Source: an uncultured cyanobacterium (GTDB lineage Bacteria; Cyanobacteriota; Cyanobacteriia; Pseudanabaenales; Pseudanabaenaceae). From it: 64,000 nucleotides of DNA. Made by a program: the position numbers and the translations under genes. The DNA is taken from positions 1,152,001 to 1,216,000 of the forward strand of contig OY969811.1 in assembly GCA_963703315.1 (NCBI GenBank). Direction: 5' to 3'. The notes under the pieces are model-generated. The model saw nothing but the letters and a program-made list of their open reading frames with translations, did no database searches and was not told where the DNA came from. Below, in pieces: positions 51,283 to 60,550 of the stretch (its first letter is position 1; each line of letters begins with the position of its first letter).

Positions 51283-51672
51283 TCAGAAAAACGGGCTGAC
51301 TAATAGCAAAATCAAACCTCTTAATGTCTGGACTAATGTGCTATCAGTGCGAGGAGGGGCAACATCAATTTCAATTTTATTATCGCTAACAACTCTGAGA
51401 AAATTAGGGTCGTTTGGTAGATTTACGCGAACTTTTTTATTGTCTTCGCTGCCACCAGAGATAGTAACTACCGCAAAAGTACGATCAGGGCTAAGAGTGA
51501 TTCTGGAGACACCTGCGGGTTTCTTTCTAACTTCTTCGAGTAGCTTACTATAGCTCCATTTGCCTTGTGGGGTTGGCTGACTATCGACGGAACTTGTTCC
51601 TAATGTAATAACAACAAGTCCTACTAGGGCGGACAAACCAAAGTTGTTCCACTTTTGATTATTGCTTTTCAC
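51283..51672 (-). CDS. Stand-alone FtsH N-terminal (TM-lumenal-TM) paralogue
   Basis: 78/116 residues identical to the adjacent FtsH N-terminus by hand alignment; intact ORF; upstream region also duplicated. Confidence 0.78.
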   Translation of the reverse strand: MKSNNQKWNNFGLSALVGLVVITLGTSSVDSQPTPQGKWSYSKLLEEVRKKPAGVSRITLSPDRTFAVVTISGGSEDNKKVRVNLPNDPNFLRVVSDNKIEIDVAPPRTDSTLVQTLRGLILLLVSPFF

Positions 51673-51975
51673 TACTACTGCTCCAGCATATAAATGTATT
51701 CTTGGATGATTTTGCTAAGAACAGATGATTTAATTTATTGATTTTAATGCAAGTAATCTGGGATCTGTTGAAACGATCCGAGAATCCATTTTTGGATCGA
51801 TAACGCTATTTTTTTAAACGCAAGATAGAGTTCGTCGCAAAGCAGCTCTATCTTACAGCGCTTTGCGCTTAAACCCAAACCAAGAAATTTTTTGAAAGTG
51901 TTGCTTTGCAACACTTTCAAAAAATTTCTTGTGGTTCGTTTGATCGGCAATTGCTGTAAGTGCAAATGTCGTAAT

Positions 51976-53238
51976 TCATGTAAGTTTTTTCTGAATTATC
52001 GTTGCTAACTGTTGACGATAATTTGCCCATGTTAATTGCTCTGCTTTTTTGCGAGCAGATTTCCCCATTTCGGCTAGTTCTTGAGGGTGACAATAACACC
52101 ATTCGAGTTTGGTTTTAAGTGCTTCGACATCACGGATAGGGACAATAAATCCCTCAAGTCCATCGGTAATGATGTCAGCACCTGCTGTATTCGGTGTCGT
52201 AATAATTGGGATGCCACAAGCCATTGCTTCTAGTAAGACAAGTCCAAAACCCTCAACCAAAGAGGGGAAAACGAATACGTTGGCGCTACTGTAATAATTG
52301 TTGAGTGTACTATGCGGGATTGAACCTGTTAAACGAAGGCGATCGCTATATCTACTTAACCAACTGCTAGGAAATTGATTGCTCCCCACTAGCAATAACT
52401 CTGAGTTAGGTAAATTAAGTTCTTGCCATGCTTGCAGTAAGTAATGTACACCTTTACGAGTTCCCACTTGTCCCGCAAACATAGCTCTAAATAGATGATC
52501 CTGTTTAGGACTGGGCTGAAAATATTCAATGGGCGCACCGTATGCAATAACTGAAATTTTAGCCTTAGGAATACCAATATCTAATAGTGATCGCTGCGTA
52601 AAGGTGGAAGCGACAAAAATATGATCGGCAAGTTCCACTTCACGATTTTTGCGATCGATTTTCCATGCTGGTTCTGTGATCGCTGACATTGTTGTGGCTA
52701 ATTCAGGAAAGAGTTCCGCTTCTTCAGCTTGAATCTTACGACTAGTCACATGAAAAGCGATCGGTAAATCATAAAAACAAACTATATCCCGTTGCTTTGC
52801 CGCTACAAATGTATCAGCCGCACTATCTTCGTAGGCATAGATTGCACTGATATTCTCTAAATGACTCTTTAAATGATGTTCAGCAACATGGCGATCGAAG
52901 GCAGCAACCATCCAATCAACGAGAGCTTTATCTATGCCTAGCTTTTTAGCAATCCCCGTCCTATTTAGCAATATTCTTAGTATTTCTTGCCAAGGATATT
53001 CATATATTTGGGAACCTATAGGTGCAATCCATGTTCTTCTTTCCAACTCCGTTTCTAATTGAGAAATTAATTTTGGTAGAATCTGTCTGATGGAACGCCC
53101 TAAATAGTTATTGAAGCGGCTAGGACTATAAGCAAGGGTAGTTACCACAGCATTCAGCATATTTGCTTCGGATATGGCTAACGCTGCATTGCGTGCATTG
53201 GGATTCCCCGTAGGATGAATCAACGTGATTTTTTTCAT
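51976..53238 (-). CDS. GT4 glycosyltransferase
   Basis: RKG, FPSLVEGFGLVLLEAMACGIP. Confidence 0.9.
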   Translation of the reverse strand: MKKITLIHPTGNPNARNAALAISEANMLNAVVTTLAYSPSRFNNYLGRSIRQILPKLISQLETELERRTWIAPIGSQIYEYPWQEILRILLNRTGIAKKLGIDKALVDWMVAAFDRHVAEHHLKSHLENISAIYAYEDSAADTFVAAKQRDIVCFYDLPIAFHVTSRKIQAEEAELFPELATTMSAITEPAWKIDRKNREVELADHIFVASTFTQRSLLDIGIPKAKISVIAYGAPIEYFQPSPKQDHLFRAMFAGQVGTRKGVHYLLQAWQELNLPNSELLLVGSNQFPSSWLSRYSDRLRLTGSIPHSTLNNYYSSANVFVFPSLVEGFGLVLLEAMACGIPIITTPNTAGADIITDGLEGFIVPIRDVEALKTKLEWCYCHPQELAEMGKSARKKAEQLTWANYRQQLATIIQKKLT

Positions 53239-53396
53239 TTCTAAACTATAAGGGTTCTAAGATTTACTAAGGAACCAATTTTTTGTGGTGTGGCTTCGCC
53301 ACAAAAAAAGTAGTACAGAGAAATATTTGAAAGCGCGGCGAAGCCGCGCTTTCAAATATTTCTCTAGGTTTCAAGTCAGCGCAAAGCGCTGTATTG

Positions 53397-53500
53397 TAAG
53401 TAGCTAGGCATAAGTAAACTTAAAACCTAGAAACTTGTGCCGCCCGCGTAGCGGGCGGCACAAGTTCTGGTTTTGGGTTTTAACTATGCTGAGCTACTTA
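53397..53500. mobile_element. MITE-like element, family B (copy 2)
   Basis: Same TIRs and internal hairpin as 9068-9173. Confidence 0.75.
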
Positions 53501-53513
53501 CTAATATTCAACT

Positions 53514-54533
53514 ATGAGAATACTTGTATATTCACCTTCGTTTTATCCAAATATAGGTGGACTAGAAACTATTATTTCTACATTAGCCAGTGAGTTTATA
53601 CATCAGGGACATGAAGTTAAATTAGTATGCCAAACTCCAGCAACAGAGGCTAGACAGTTTCCCTTTGAAGTGATTCGGAACCCTAGCAAGAGAGAACTAC
53701 TAAGACTTACTTATTGGTGTGAAGTGTATTTGCAAGGATGTGTAAGCTTAAAAGGGCTGTGGTCACTTTTGCTTGTACCTCGATGTCTAGTTATCACGCA
53801 TCAAACTTGGTATTGCCGTAATGATGGAAGTATAGGTTGGCAAGACTATCTCAAGAAATTTGCATCTCGTTTTGTCGTTAATATTTCTGTGAGTCATAGT
53901 GTTGCGAAGGCATTGTCATCGCCATCTACCGTTATTCCTAACTCCTATAGAGAAGATATATTTTATGAGATGCCAGAAATTAGACGTGATAAGGAACTGG
54001 TATTTTTAGGGCGCTTAGTTTCCGATAAAGGAGTTAGTTTATTACTTAGCGCATTAGCTCAAATCAAACGCATGGGACTAACACCTAATTTGACCATTAT
54101 TGGCAGTGGCGAAGCCGAATCTCAATTACGCCAACAGGTAATAGATTACTCACTCCATAGACAAGTTACTTTTGCTGGTGTCAAAATTGACCATGAATTA
54201 GCTAGGTTCCTAAATTCTCATCAAATTATGGTTATCCCATCTTTGTGGGATGAGCCATTTGGAATCGTAGCACTAGAAGGGATCGCTTGTGGTTGTGTGG
54301 TCGTTGGGTCAGAACGCGGTGGACTCAAGGATGCGATTGGTTCTTGTGGTATAACTTTTCCTAATGGTGATGTGCAAGCACTTACGCAAATTTTGCTTAA
54401 TCTTCTGCAACATCCAGAGCAGTTAAGTATCTACAGGGCTAACAGTTTAGAGCATTTGTTACGTCATCAAAAATCAGCGATCGCTAAAGCCTATTTAGAA
54501 GTCATGGAAATAGCTATTAAATCTGGTAAATAA
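53514..54533 (+). CDS. GT4 glycosyltransferase
   Basis: GRLVSDKG, PSLWDEPFGIVALEG. Confidence 0.9.
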   Translation: MRILVYSPSFYPNIGGLETIISTLASEFIHQGHEVKLVCQTPATEARQFPFEVIRNPSKRELLRLTYWCEVYLQGCVSLKGLWSLLLVPRCLVITHQTWYCRNDGSIGWQDYLKKFASRFVVNISVSHSVAKALSSPSTVIPNSYREDIFYEMPEIRRDKELVFLGRLVSDKGVSLLLSALAQIKRMGLTPNLTIIGSGEAESQLRQQVIDYSLHRQVTFAGVKIDHELARFLNSHQIMVIPSLWDEPFGIVALEGIACGCVVVGSERGGLKDAIGSCGITFPNGDVQALTQILLNLLQHPEQLSIYRANSLEHLLRHQKSAIAKAYLEVMEIAIKSGK

Positions 54534-54555
54534 TTTTTAAAACTGGTTAAATCCC

Positions 54556-55881
54556 ATGAACATATTAGGCGTAGTCATCCTAGCCTTGATAATTATCTTT
54601 GGAGCATCGAAAAATTGGAAACTCTCCATTAAATCAATTTTAGTTCTTGTAATTATCGAAGGTGCTCTGCGTCGTTGGGTTTTCCCTCAGGCAAGAGATT
54701 TAATTTATTTCTTCAAAGATCTCATCCTGATCGGCAGTTACATCGGGTTTGCGAGTCAACCTCGACCAATGATTGATCGATATCCATTTATTAAAGAATT
54801 AACAGTAGTAATTGCGATTGTATGTTGCTTGCAAGCTTTTAATCCTAGTCTAGGCTCGCCAATTGTGGGATTAATTGGTATCAGAGCTTACTTGCTATAT
54901 ATTCCTCTAGTTTGGGTAATTCTATACTTATTTGACTCAGAGACAGATTTACGCAATTTTTTACGCAAATACCTCCTGCTCTTAATCCCAGTTTGTATTT
55001 TAGGCATCATTCAGTATTTTAGCCCTCAGAATAGTCCATTGAATTTATATTCCACTGATGACGCTTCAGGTGTTGCCACGGTTGGTGAGTTTGTGAGAAT
55101 CACAGGTACTTTTTCTTATTTAGCAGGAATTACTGTTTATTTGTCGGTTTGTTTTTCGTTACTAATCGTTTTGATCTCTCAAGAGCGCACAACTAAATGG
55201 CAAATAATTTATGGATTAGAGTTAGCTCTGGTGGCTGTAAATTCTCTAATGACTGGGGCGCGTACTATTGTTATTTACGAAATTATATTTACGGTTGGTT
55301 ATCTTATTTTTCTATTTTTCACTAGTCAAAAAGCTACTTTCAAGTTTGTTACACGCCTATTTTTACCCACACTTATGGCAGTTTTATTAGCCATAATCTA
55401 TTTTCAGCCAGCATTACAATCTTTTAATACTCGTGTCGAGTCAGCTAATGACTCAGTAAGCGATCGCATAGTTGACTCTTTCACTCAAGTTTTTAACTAT
55501 TCTGGAGGAAGAACTGACGGTTATGGTACAGGCGCAACCCAACCATCAATAGCTAGTCTCAGAAAGCTATTAGTTCTGACCGATGGTGAAGAACTACCTC
55601 CTCACGAAGGTGAAACTGGGCGTGTAGTTCTGGAAATAGGTGTGTTGGGATTTATTCTCTGGTATGGACTGAGAATAGTTCTATTGATATCACTATTCTC
55701 AGTATTTATGAAACTTAGAAATCCATTTTGTAAGGAACTAGCATTAGCTATCTTTCTATTCCAAGCAATTAATATTACTGGACAGTTAGTAACTAATCCA
55801 ACGATGCTAGTATATTTCTGGTTTTTTAGTGGGTTTATTTACTTGCTACCCGTTCTTGAAGAAAAAGAAAATCAAAATTAG
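54556..55881 (+). CDS. O-antigen ligase/polymerase-like polytopic membrane protein
   Basis: More than 10 TM helices; RITGTFS, TGAR, GYGTG, EIGVLG. Confidence 0.7.
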   Translation: MNILGVVILALIIIFGASKNWKLSIKSILVLVIIEGALRRWVFPQARDLIYFFKDLILIGSYIGFASQPRPMIDRYPFIKELTVVIAIVCCLQAFNPSLGSPIVGLIGIRAYLLYIPLVWVILYLFDSETDLRNFLRKYLLLLIPVCILGIIQYFSPQNSPLNLYSTDDASGVATVGEFVRITGTFSYLAGITVYLSVCFSLLIVLISQERTTKWQIIYGLELALVAVNSLMTGARTIVIYEIIFTVGYLIFLFFTSQKATFKFVTRLFLPTLMAVLLAIIYFQPALQSFNTRVESANDSVSDRIVDSFTQVFNYSGGRTDGYGTGATQPSIASLRKLLVLTDGEELPPHEGETGRVVLEIGVLGFILWYGLRIVLLISLFSVFMKLRNPFCKELALAIFLFQAINITGQLVTNPTMLVYFWFFSGFIYLLPVLEEKENQN

Positions 55882-55898
55882 CACTTTATAATAATGAC

Positions 55899-56720
55899 CT
55901 ATTGATATCGTTCTAGAAAGTCTAAAGCTTGATTGCGTAACTCATAGTATTCTTTAGACTCCCGCAATTCGTGGCGATCGCGAGGACGTGGTAACGGAAT
56001 ATCTAGCACCTGTCCGATCGTTGCTTTTGGTCCATTGGTCATCATCACCACGCGATCGGACATAAAGATCGCCTCATCGACATCATGGGTAATCATCATT
56101 ACCGCCTGCCGATGATTCTCCCAAATATCTAAAACTTGCTGTTGTAACTTCGGTCTGGTTAAGGCATCTAGCGCCCCAAATGGTTCATCTAGCAATAGCA
56201 TTTTGGGACGGGTTGCTAAGGCACGCGCGACCCCAACTCTCTGCTTCATGCCACCTGAAAGTTCTTGGGGATATTTATCGGCGGCAGCAGTGAGATTAAC
56301 CATTTCAATATGCTCGTTCACGATCGCAATTTTCTCGGCACGACTTGCGGTTTTAAATACTTCATCTACCGCCATGCGAATGTTTTCTCTCACTGTCAAC
56401 CAAGGGAGAAGCGAATAGCCTTGAAAGACCATCATCCTCTCTGCTCCTGGTTTACGAATGACTTTACCTTCTAAAGTGACTAAGCCTGATGTCGGTTTCT
56501 CTAAACCTGCCACAATCCTAACTAGGGTTGATTTACCGCAACCTGAATGACCAATTACAGAGACATATTCCTGTTCAGCGATCGCAAGGTTAATGCCATC
56601 TAGTACCACAAATTGACTACCATCAGGTTTGCGAAATGACTTGACAATATTTTCGACCACTAAAAAGGTTTTGTCAGGGGGATGGTTGTTCGATGTGAGG
56701 TTGGTTTGGGGAGTAGTCAT
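55899..56720 (-). CDS. Nitrate/bicarbonate/cyanate-family ABC ATPase (NrtD/CmpD/CynD-like)
   Basis: GHSGCGKST, LSGGMKQR, LLDEPFGALD, MMTNGP. Confidence 0.9.
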   Translation of the reverse strand: MTTPQTNLTSNNHPPDKTFLVVENIVKSFRKPDGSQFVVLDGINLAIAEQEYVSVIGHSGCGKSTLVRIVAGLEKPTSGLVTLEGKVIRKPGAERMMVFQGYSLLPWLTVRENIRMAVDEVFKTASRAEKIAIVNEHIEMVNLTAAADKYPQELSGGMKQRVGVARALATRPKMLLLDEPFGALDALTRPKLQQQVLDIWENHRQAVMMITHDVDEAIFMSDRVVMMTNGPKATIGQVLDIPLPRPRDRHELRESKEYYELRNQALDFLERYQ

Positions 56721-56752
56721 ACAGTTCTTTTCGTTTCTAGGATAAATTGAAC

Positions 56753-58147
56753 TTAGGCAAGGAAAAAGGATTGGGGAGCATTGGCTCGAATTGCAAAGCT
56801 GTTGAGATAGCCGATGGGATTGCTAGGATCAAAGGATTTACGATCGATAAAGGCTGAGGCAGGTTCTAGTTTATAGTCATCCGCAGGACAAGCAATGCTC
56901 ATTTCAGCAGCAATTTCTCGATATAAGTCAGTGCGCCATGATTGACGAGCGATCGCTTCGGCATTCTTGGGAAATTCAGGAATTTGTCCCCAACGGGCGG
57001 CTTGGGTCATCAGCCAGAGGCTCTGTGATTGCCAGAGGAAAGTAGAATGATCGTTGGCAATGTCAGAAACAGAAGTAGGCATTTCAAAGAAAATGGTTGT
57101 TTCTAAGCTGTTCGTGATGCGTGGTTGATTATCAAATCCTCCGTAGTTGTAATTCCCTACAATTGCGGGTCGCGTATATTTAACATTTGCTCCCGTAAAG
57201 GAACGTTGGGAGATGATTTTAGCGACTTCTTCACGATTAGCAGGTTCACTGCAATATTGACAGGCTTCGATCATTGCTTTTACTAGCGATCGGTAGGTTT
57301 TGGGATATTCTTGAATGAAGGATTCACGTACGGCTAACAGGCGATCGGGATGACCATTCCAAATTTCTCGCCCTTGAGCAAAGGTGAATCCAACTCCCTC
57401 GTTACCAGCGATCGCTCGCGTATTCCAAGGTTCGGCAACCATATAGGCTTGAATCGCATCCATCCGTATATTGCTCACCATCTGAGGTGGTGGTGTAATT
57501 ATAGAACGCAATTCGGTAAATGGATTGATGTCAGCCGCCGCGAGTAGATAGCGAATAAAATATTCATAAATGGAAGAACTCAAAACCGTTGCCCACACTC
57601 GCTCATCTAGGGGTGCAGTTTGCCAATATCGCTGCAAATCTTTCCCAAACCGATCTAAATCGCCGCTATAGGTAGATAAGGGACGGATACCAGCTTCCCA
57701 TAATTTACGATTGAAGGTAATGGCATTACCATGACGGTGAATCGTCATGGCAGCACAAAGGGGAAACTGACGTGCGCCTTCTGCGCCAATACGGGCATTG
57801 GTGACAGCACCAGATACAACGGGAGAAGCATCTAAGCGTCCAAAAATAATCCCGTCACGGGAATTTGCCCAACTCGCCTCTCGACTGAGCGTAACGTTCA
57901 ATCCATACTTCCGAAAGAATCCTTTTTCCCAAGCGATCGCAAAGGGAGCGCAATCGTTAACAGGTACAAAGCCAACAGTTAAGTTTGGTTTTTCCAAACT
58001 GGCGGGATTAATTATAGGTTCCACAGCCAGCGCTGTTTCTGATAGTCCAGTGGGATTTCGTCCTTGCTCTTGGGAACAAGCAGAAAAGGCGATCGCTGAG
58101 GCAGTAGCGGTCATTCCCTGAAGGAATGCTCTCCTTGTTGTAGACAT
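56753..58147 (-). CDS. NrtA/CmpA/CynA-family substrate-binding lipoprotein
   Basis: TRRAFL leader and FSAC lipobox; EKGFF.KYG, ASW, PPPQMV, AEPWN, IW.GHP. Confidence 0.88.
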   Translation of the reverse strand: MSTTRRAFLQGMTATASAIAFSACSQEQGRNPTGLSETALAVEPIINPASLEKPNLTVGFVPVNDCAPFAIAWEKGFFRKYGLNVTLSREASWANSRDGIIFGRLDASPVVSGAVTNARIGAEGARQFPLCAAMTIHRHGNAITFNRKLWEAGIRPLSTYSGDLDRFGKDLQRYWQTAPLDERVWATVLSSSIYEYFIRYLLAAADINPFTELRSIITPPPQMVSNIRMDAIQAYMVAEPWNTRAIAGNEGVGFTFAQGREIWNGHPDRLLAVRESFIQEYPKTYRSLVKAMIEACQYCSEPANREEVAKIISQRSFTGANVKYTRPAIVGNYNYGGFDNQPRITNSLETTIFFEMPTSVSDIANDHSTFLWQSQSLWLMTQAARWGQIPEFPKNAEAIARQSWRTDLYREIAAEMSIACPADDYKLEPASAFIDRKSFDPSNPIGYLNSFAIRANAPQSFFLA

Positions 58148-58161
58148 GGGAATCTCCGAAG

Positions 58162-58992
58162 TTATTGTACAGGGCGACGAGTCATGAGTGCTTGCAATTT
58201 GGCGAGGGCATAGTCCAAAATCAGCCCTGTCACACCAATCACAAAGACCGCCAAAAATACAGAACTCACATTCAATCGGTTCCATTCATCCCAAACGAAA
58301 AAGCCAATGCCAATACCACCTGTGAGCATTTCCACCGCCACAATTACTAACCATGCAATCCCTAGACTAATGCGTAAACCTGTAAAGATATAGGGCAAAC
58401 TCGCTGGCAGAACTACCTTAATTAACTGCTTCCAACGGGGCATTTCTAAAACTTGAGCAACTTCCAAATAGTCTTTAGGAACGTTACTTACTCCTTCAGC
58501 AGTGTTAATGATCGTAGACCAGAGGGAAGTAATAAAGATCACAAAAATTGCAGAAGGTTCAGCAGCATTAAAAATAGCAAGGGCGATCGGCAACCAAACG
58601 AGAGGAGAAACTGGCTTAAAAACCTGAATAATGGGATTAATTGCCAACCAAGCATTACGGGATAACCCAATCCAAACACCGACGGGAATCGCTACTACGG
58701 CTCCTAGCAAGAAACCAATGCAAACTCGGCGCAAGCTGGCTAATAGTAGCCAACCAATCCCAATATCACCAGCTCCCCGACGATAAAACGGATGTAAAAT
58801 AAAATCTAAGTTTTTGATCAAGGCTTCTGGCGGTGTGGGCATCATTTCTTGACGAAATAAGGCGATCGCCCACCATAGGGCTATGACTCCTGCAAAGCCT
58901 GCGATCGGCAACAGGACATTAGCTCGAAACAAATTGCGAAAACACCCATTTATAAAAGCGCGGGTATTAGTCGCCAAACTCATCAAAGCCAT
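58162..58992 (-). CDS. NrtB/CmpB/CynB-family ABC permease
   Basis: SLRRV, PVSPLVWLP, IFTGLRI, GIGFFVWDEWN. Confidence 0.9.
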   Translation of the reverse strand: MALMSLATNTRAFINGCFRNLFRANVLLPIAGFAGVIALWWAIALFRQEMMPTPPEALIKNLDFILHPFYRRGAGDIGIGWLLLASLRRVCIGFLLGAVVAIPVGVWIGLSRNAWLAINPIIQVFKPVSPLVWLPIALAIFNAAEPSAIFVIFITSLWSTIINTAEGVSNVPKDYLEVAQVLEMPRWKQLIKVVLPASLPYIFTGLRISLGIAWLVIVAVEMLTGGIGIGFFVWDEWNRLNVSSVFLAVFVIGVTGLILDYALAKLQALMTRRPVQ

Positions 58993-59136
58993 GATTTGTA
59001 GTACCTTGTTTCAGAATGGACTAATTCAGACGAGAGTCTAAACAAGAATCTATCTGAAAATGGCACTAACCGTCAAAAATGCTAATTTTGTCTTGTAGTG
59101 GAAAGGGAATAAGAGGGTTATACTAAACAAAAAACT

Positions 59137-59652
59137 ATGAAATCTTCTCAAAATCCTTGCCCCGATCCACCATCTTATCAAGTACATTTTGCGGTGATTA
59201 CCGTCAGTGATACCCGTACACCTGAAACCGATAAAAGTGGCAACTTTATCAAGCAGTCAATGATTAATGCTGGTCATCTGCTGGAATACTACACCCTAGT
59301 CAAAGATGAACCTGACGAGATTCGCGAACAAATGCAAAAGTTAGCAGCGATCGCTGAGCTTGACGCGATAATTCTTAATGGTGGGACGGGGATTGCGCCA
59401 CGAGACACGACTTATGATGCGATCGCGGCTTTGCTTGAAAAGACTTTACCTGGATTTGGTGAGATGTTTCGTTATTTGAGTTGGCAAGAGGTTGGCTCAA
59501 GGGCGATCGCGTCACGCTCTGAGGCAGGAATTTATCAAGGTAAGTTAGTGTTTTCGCTCCCTGGTTCCAGTAATGCTGTGAAATTAGCGATTGAGCAACT
59601 AATTTTGCCAGAAATCATCCATCTTGTGCGGCAGTTAAAAGGTTTGCATTAA
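59137..59652 (+). CDS. moaB: Molybdenum cofactor biosynthesis protein MoaB/MogA
   Basis: ITVSD..DKSG, GGTGIAPRDTT, PGFGE, SLPGS. Confidence 0.88.
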   Translation: MKSSQNPCPDPPSYQVHFAVITVSDTRTPETDKSGNFIKQSMINAGHLLEYYTLVKDEPDEIREQMQKLAAIAELDAIILNGGTGIAPRDTTYDAIAALLEKTLPGFGEMFRYLSWQEVGSRAIASRSEAGIYQGKLVFSLPGSSNAVKLAIEQLILPEIIHLVRQLKGLH

Positions 59653-59697
59653 TTTATGTAAGTAAATTTGTTTGAAAATTTTAAGTCTATTCCTTAT

Positions 59698-59855
59698 CAA
59701 AGCATAGCCAGATCTAACCCACGCTTAAAGATCTCATCGATCGCCAACATTTCACCGTCAGTAGTCATAAACTTATGATCTTTGGTGGCTTTAATGTGAT
59801 CGCCATTTTCTAACTCATATTCAAAGACTTCTTGATTGCCGCGATCGTGCCATTG
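59698..59855 (-). repeat. Displaced duplicate of the dnaE-N 3' end (intein-N tail)
   Basis: 59707-59855 matches 61034-61182 with 8 mismatches in 149 bp; in frame [14 protein letters not shown]. Confidence 0.92.
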
Positions 59856-59928
59856 CTTCCATAGCTTGACGTTAACGATCTCATGTTACAATCACATATT
59901 CAAGCATTTAAACCGTAAAATATCAACA

Positions 59929-60168
59929 ATGGCTGGTAAACCAATCCCCAATCCATCGATTTTAGATAGATGTAAAGTTGTGGGAGTGGAAGGACAGAGA
60001 AAGGTATATTACGATTCTCAAGAAGACCGATATTACACTTGGGATTCTTTACATGGTGAATTGGAGGTTTTTAACAAACGTGGTAGGCATCTTGGAGTTG
60101 TATGTCCAATTACAGGTGATTTGATTAAGCCTGCGGTGAAGGGTCGTAGGATTAGCAAGCAAAACTGA
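59929..60168 (+). CDS. Stand-alone colicin E3-like cytotoxic RNase domain (79 aa)
   Basis: YYTWDSLHGELEVF..GRHLG..P.TG matches the E3 WDSQHGELE catalytic motif; upstream TTGACG and TG-n-TACAAT promoter elements. Confidence 0.8.
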   Translation: MAGKPIPNPSILDRCKVVGVEGQRKVYYDSQEDRYYTWDSLHGELEVFNKRGRHLGVVCPITGDLIKPAVKGRRISKQN

Positions 60169-60176
60169 GAAAATAT

Positions 60177-60416
60177 ATGAATAGCTCGTTTATTGAAAAA
60201 TGTATTAATGGTGATGCGTCTTTAGATGAGATTGATGATTATATTGACGAATGGCATGATAGTAATTCAGATATCGATCTTGAGTTGCATGAATTTTTAG
60301 GCATGACTTGGGAAGAATATTCATTATGGGCGGTTAAACCCAGTCTTTTGGCAGATATCCTCAATCATAGAAAGCAAGATGTCGGTTCTAAAAAGCTTGT
60401 ATTGCCTAATGTTTAA
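60177..60416 (+). CDS. Acidic small protein, putative immunity/antitoxin
   Basis: 8 nt downstream of the toxin; IDDYIDEWH..LHEFLGMTWEEY..W. Confidence 0.68.
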   Translation: MNSSFIEKCINGDASLDEIDDYIDEWHDSNSDIDLELHEFLGMTWEEYSLWAVKPSLLADILNHRKQDVGSKKLVLPNV

Positions 60417-60424
60417 GCAAGCAG

Positions 60425-60492
60425 GCGATCGCCAACATTTCACCGTCAGTAGTCATAAACTTATGATCTTTGGTGGCTTTAATGCGATCGCC
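60425..60492 (-). repeat. Internal dnaE-N tail fragment bounded by HIP1 on both sides
   Basis: 60426-60492 matches 61065-61131 (1 mismatch); GCGATCGC at 60425-60432 and 60484-60491. Confidence 0.92.
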
Positions 60493-60550
60493 CTATAAGT
60501 TAAAATTAAAATCGAGAGCATGATAGTGAGAGACATCAACCCTTGAGTCA

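Noticed and set aside
51744..51965. 73-aa ORF
   Set aside because: It spans a palindromic repeat and the duplicated ftsH leader; likely spurious.
58993..59136. NtcA box for the Nrt-like operon
   Set aside because: No GTA-N8-TAC seen in the intergenic region.
59836..59928. N-terminal extension of the E3-like toxin
   Set aside because: It overlaps the dnaE-tail duplicate and the putative promoter; ATG 59929 is preferred.
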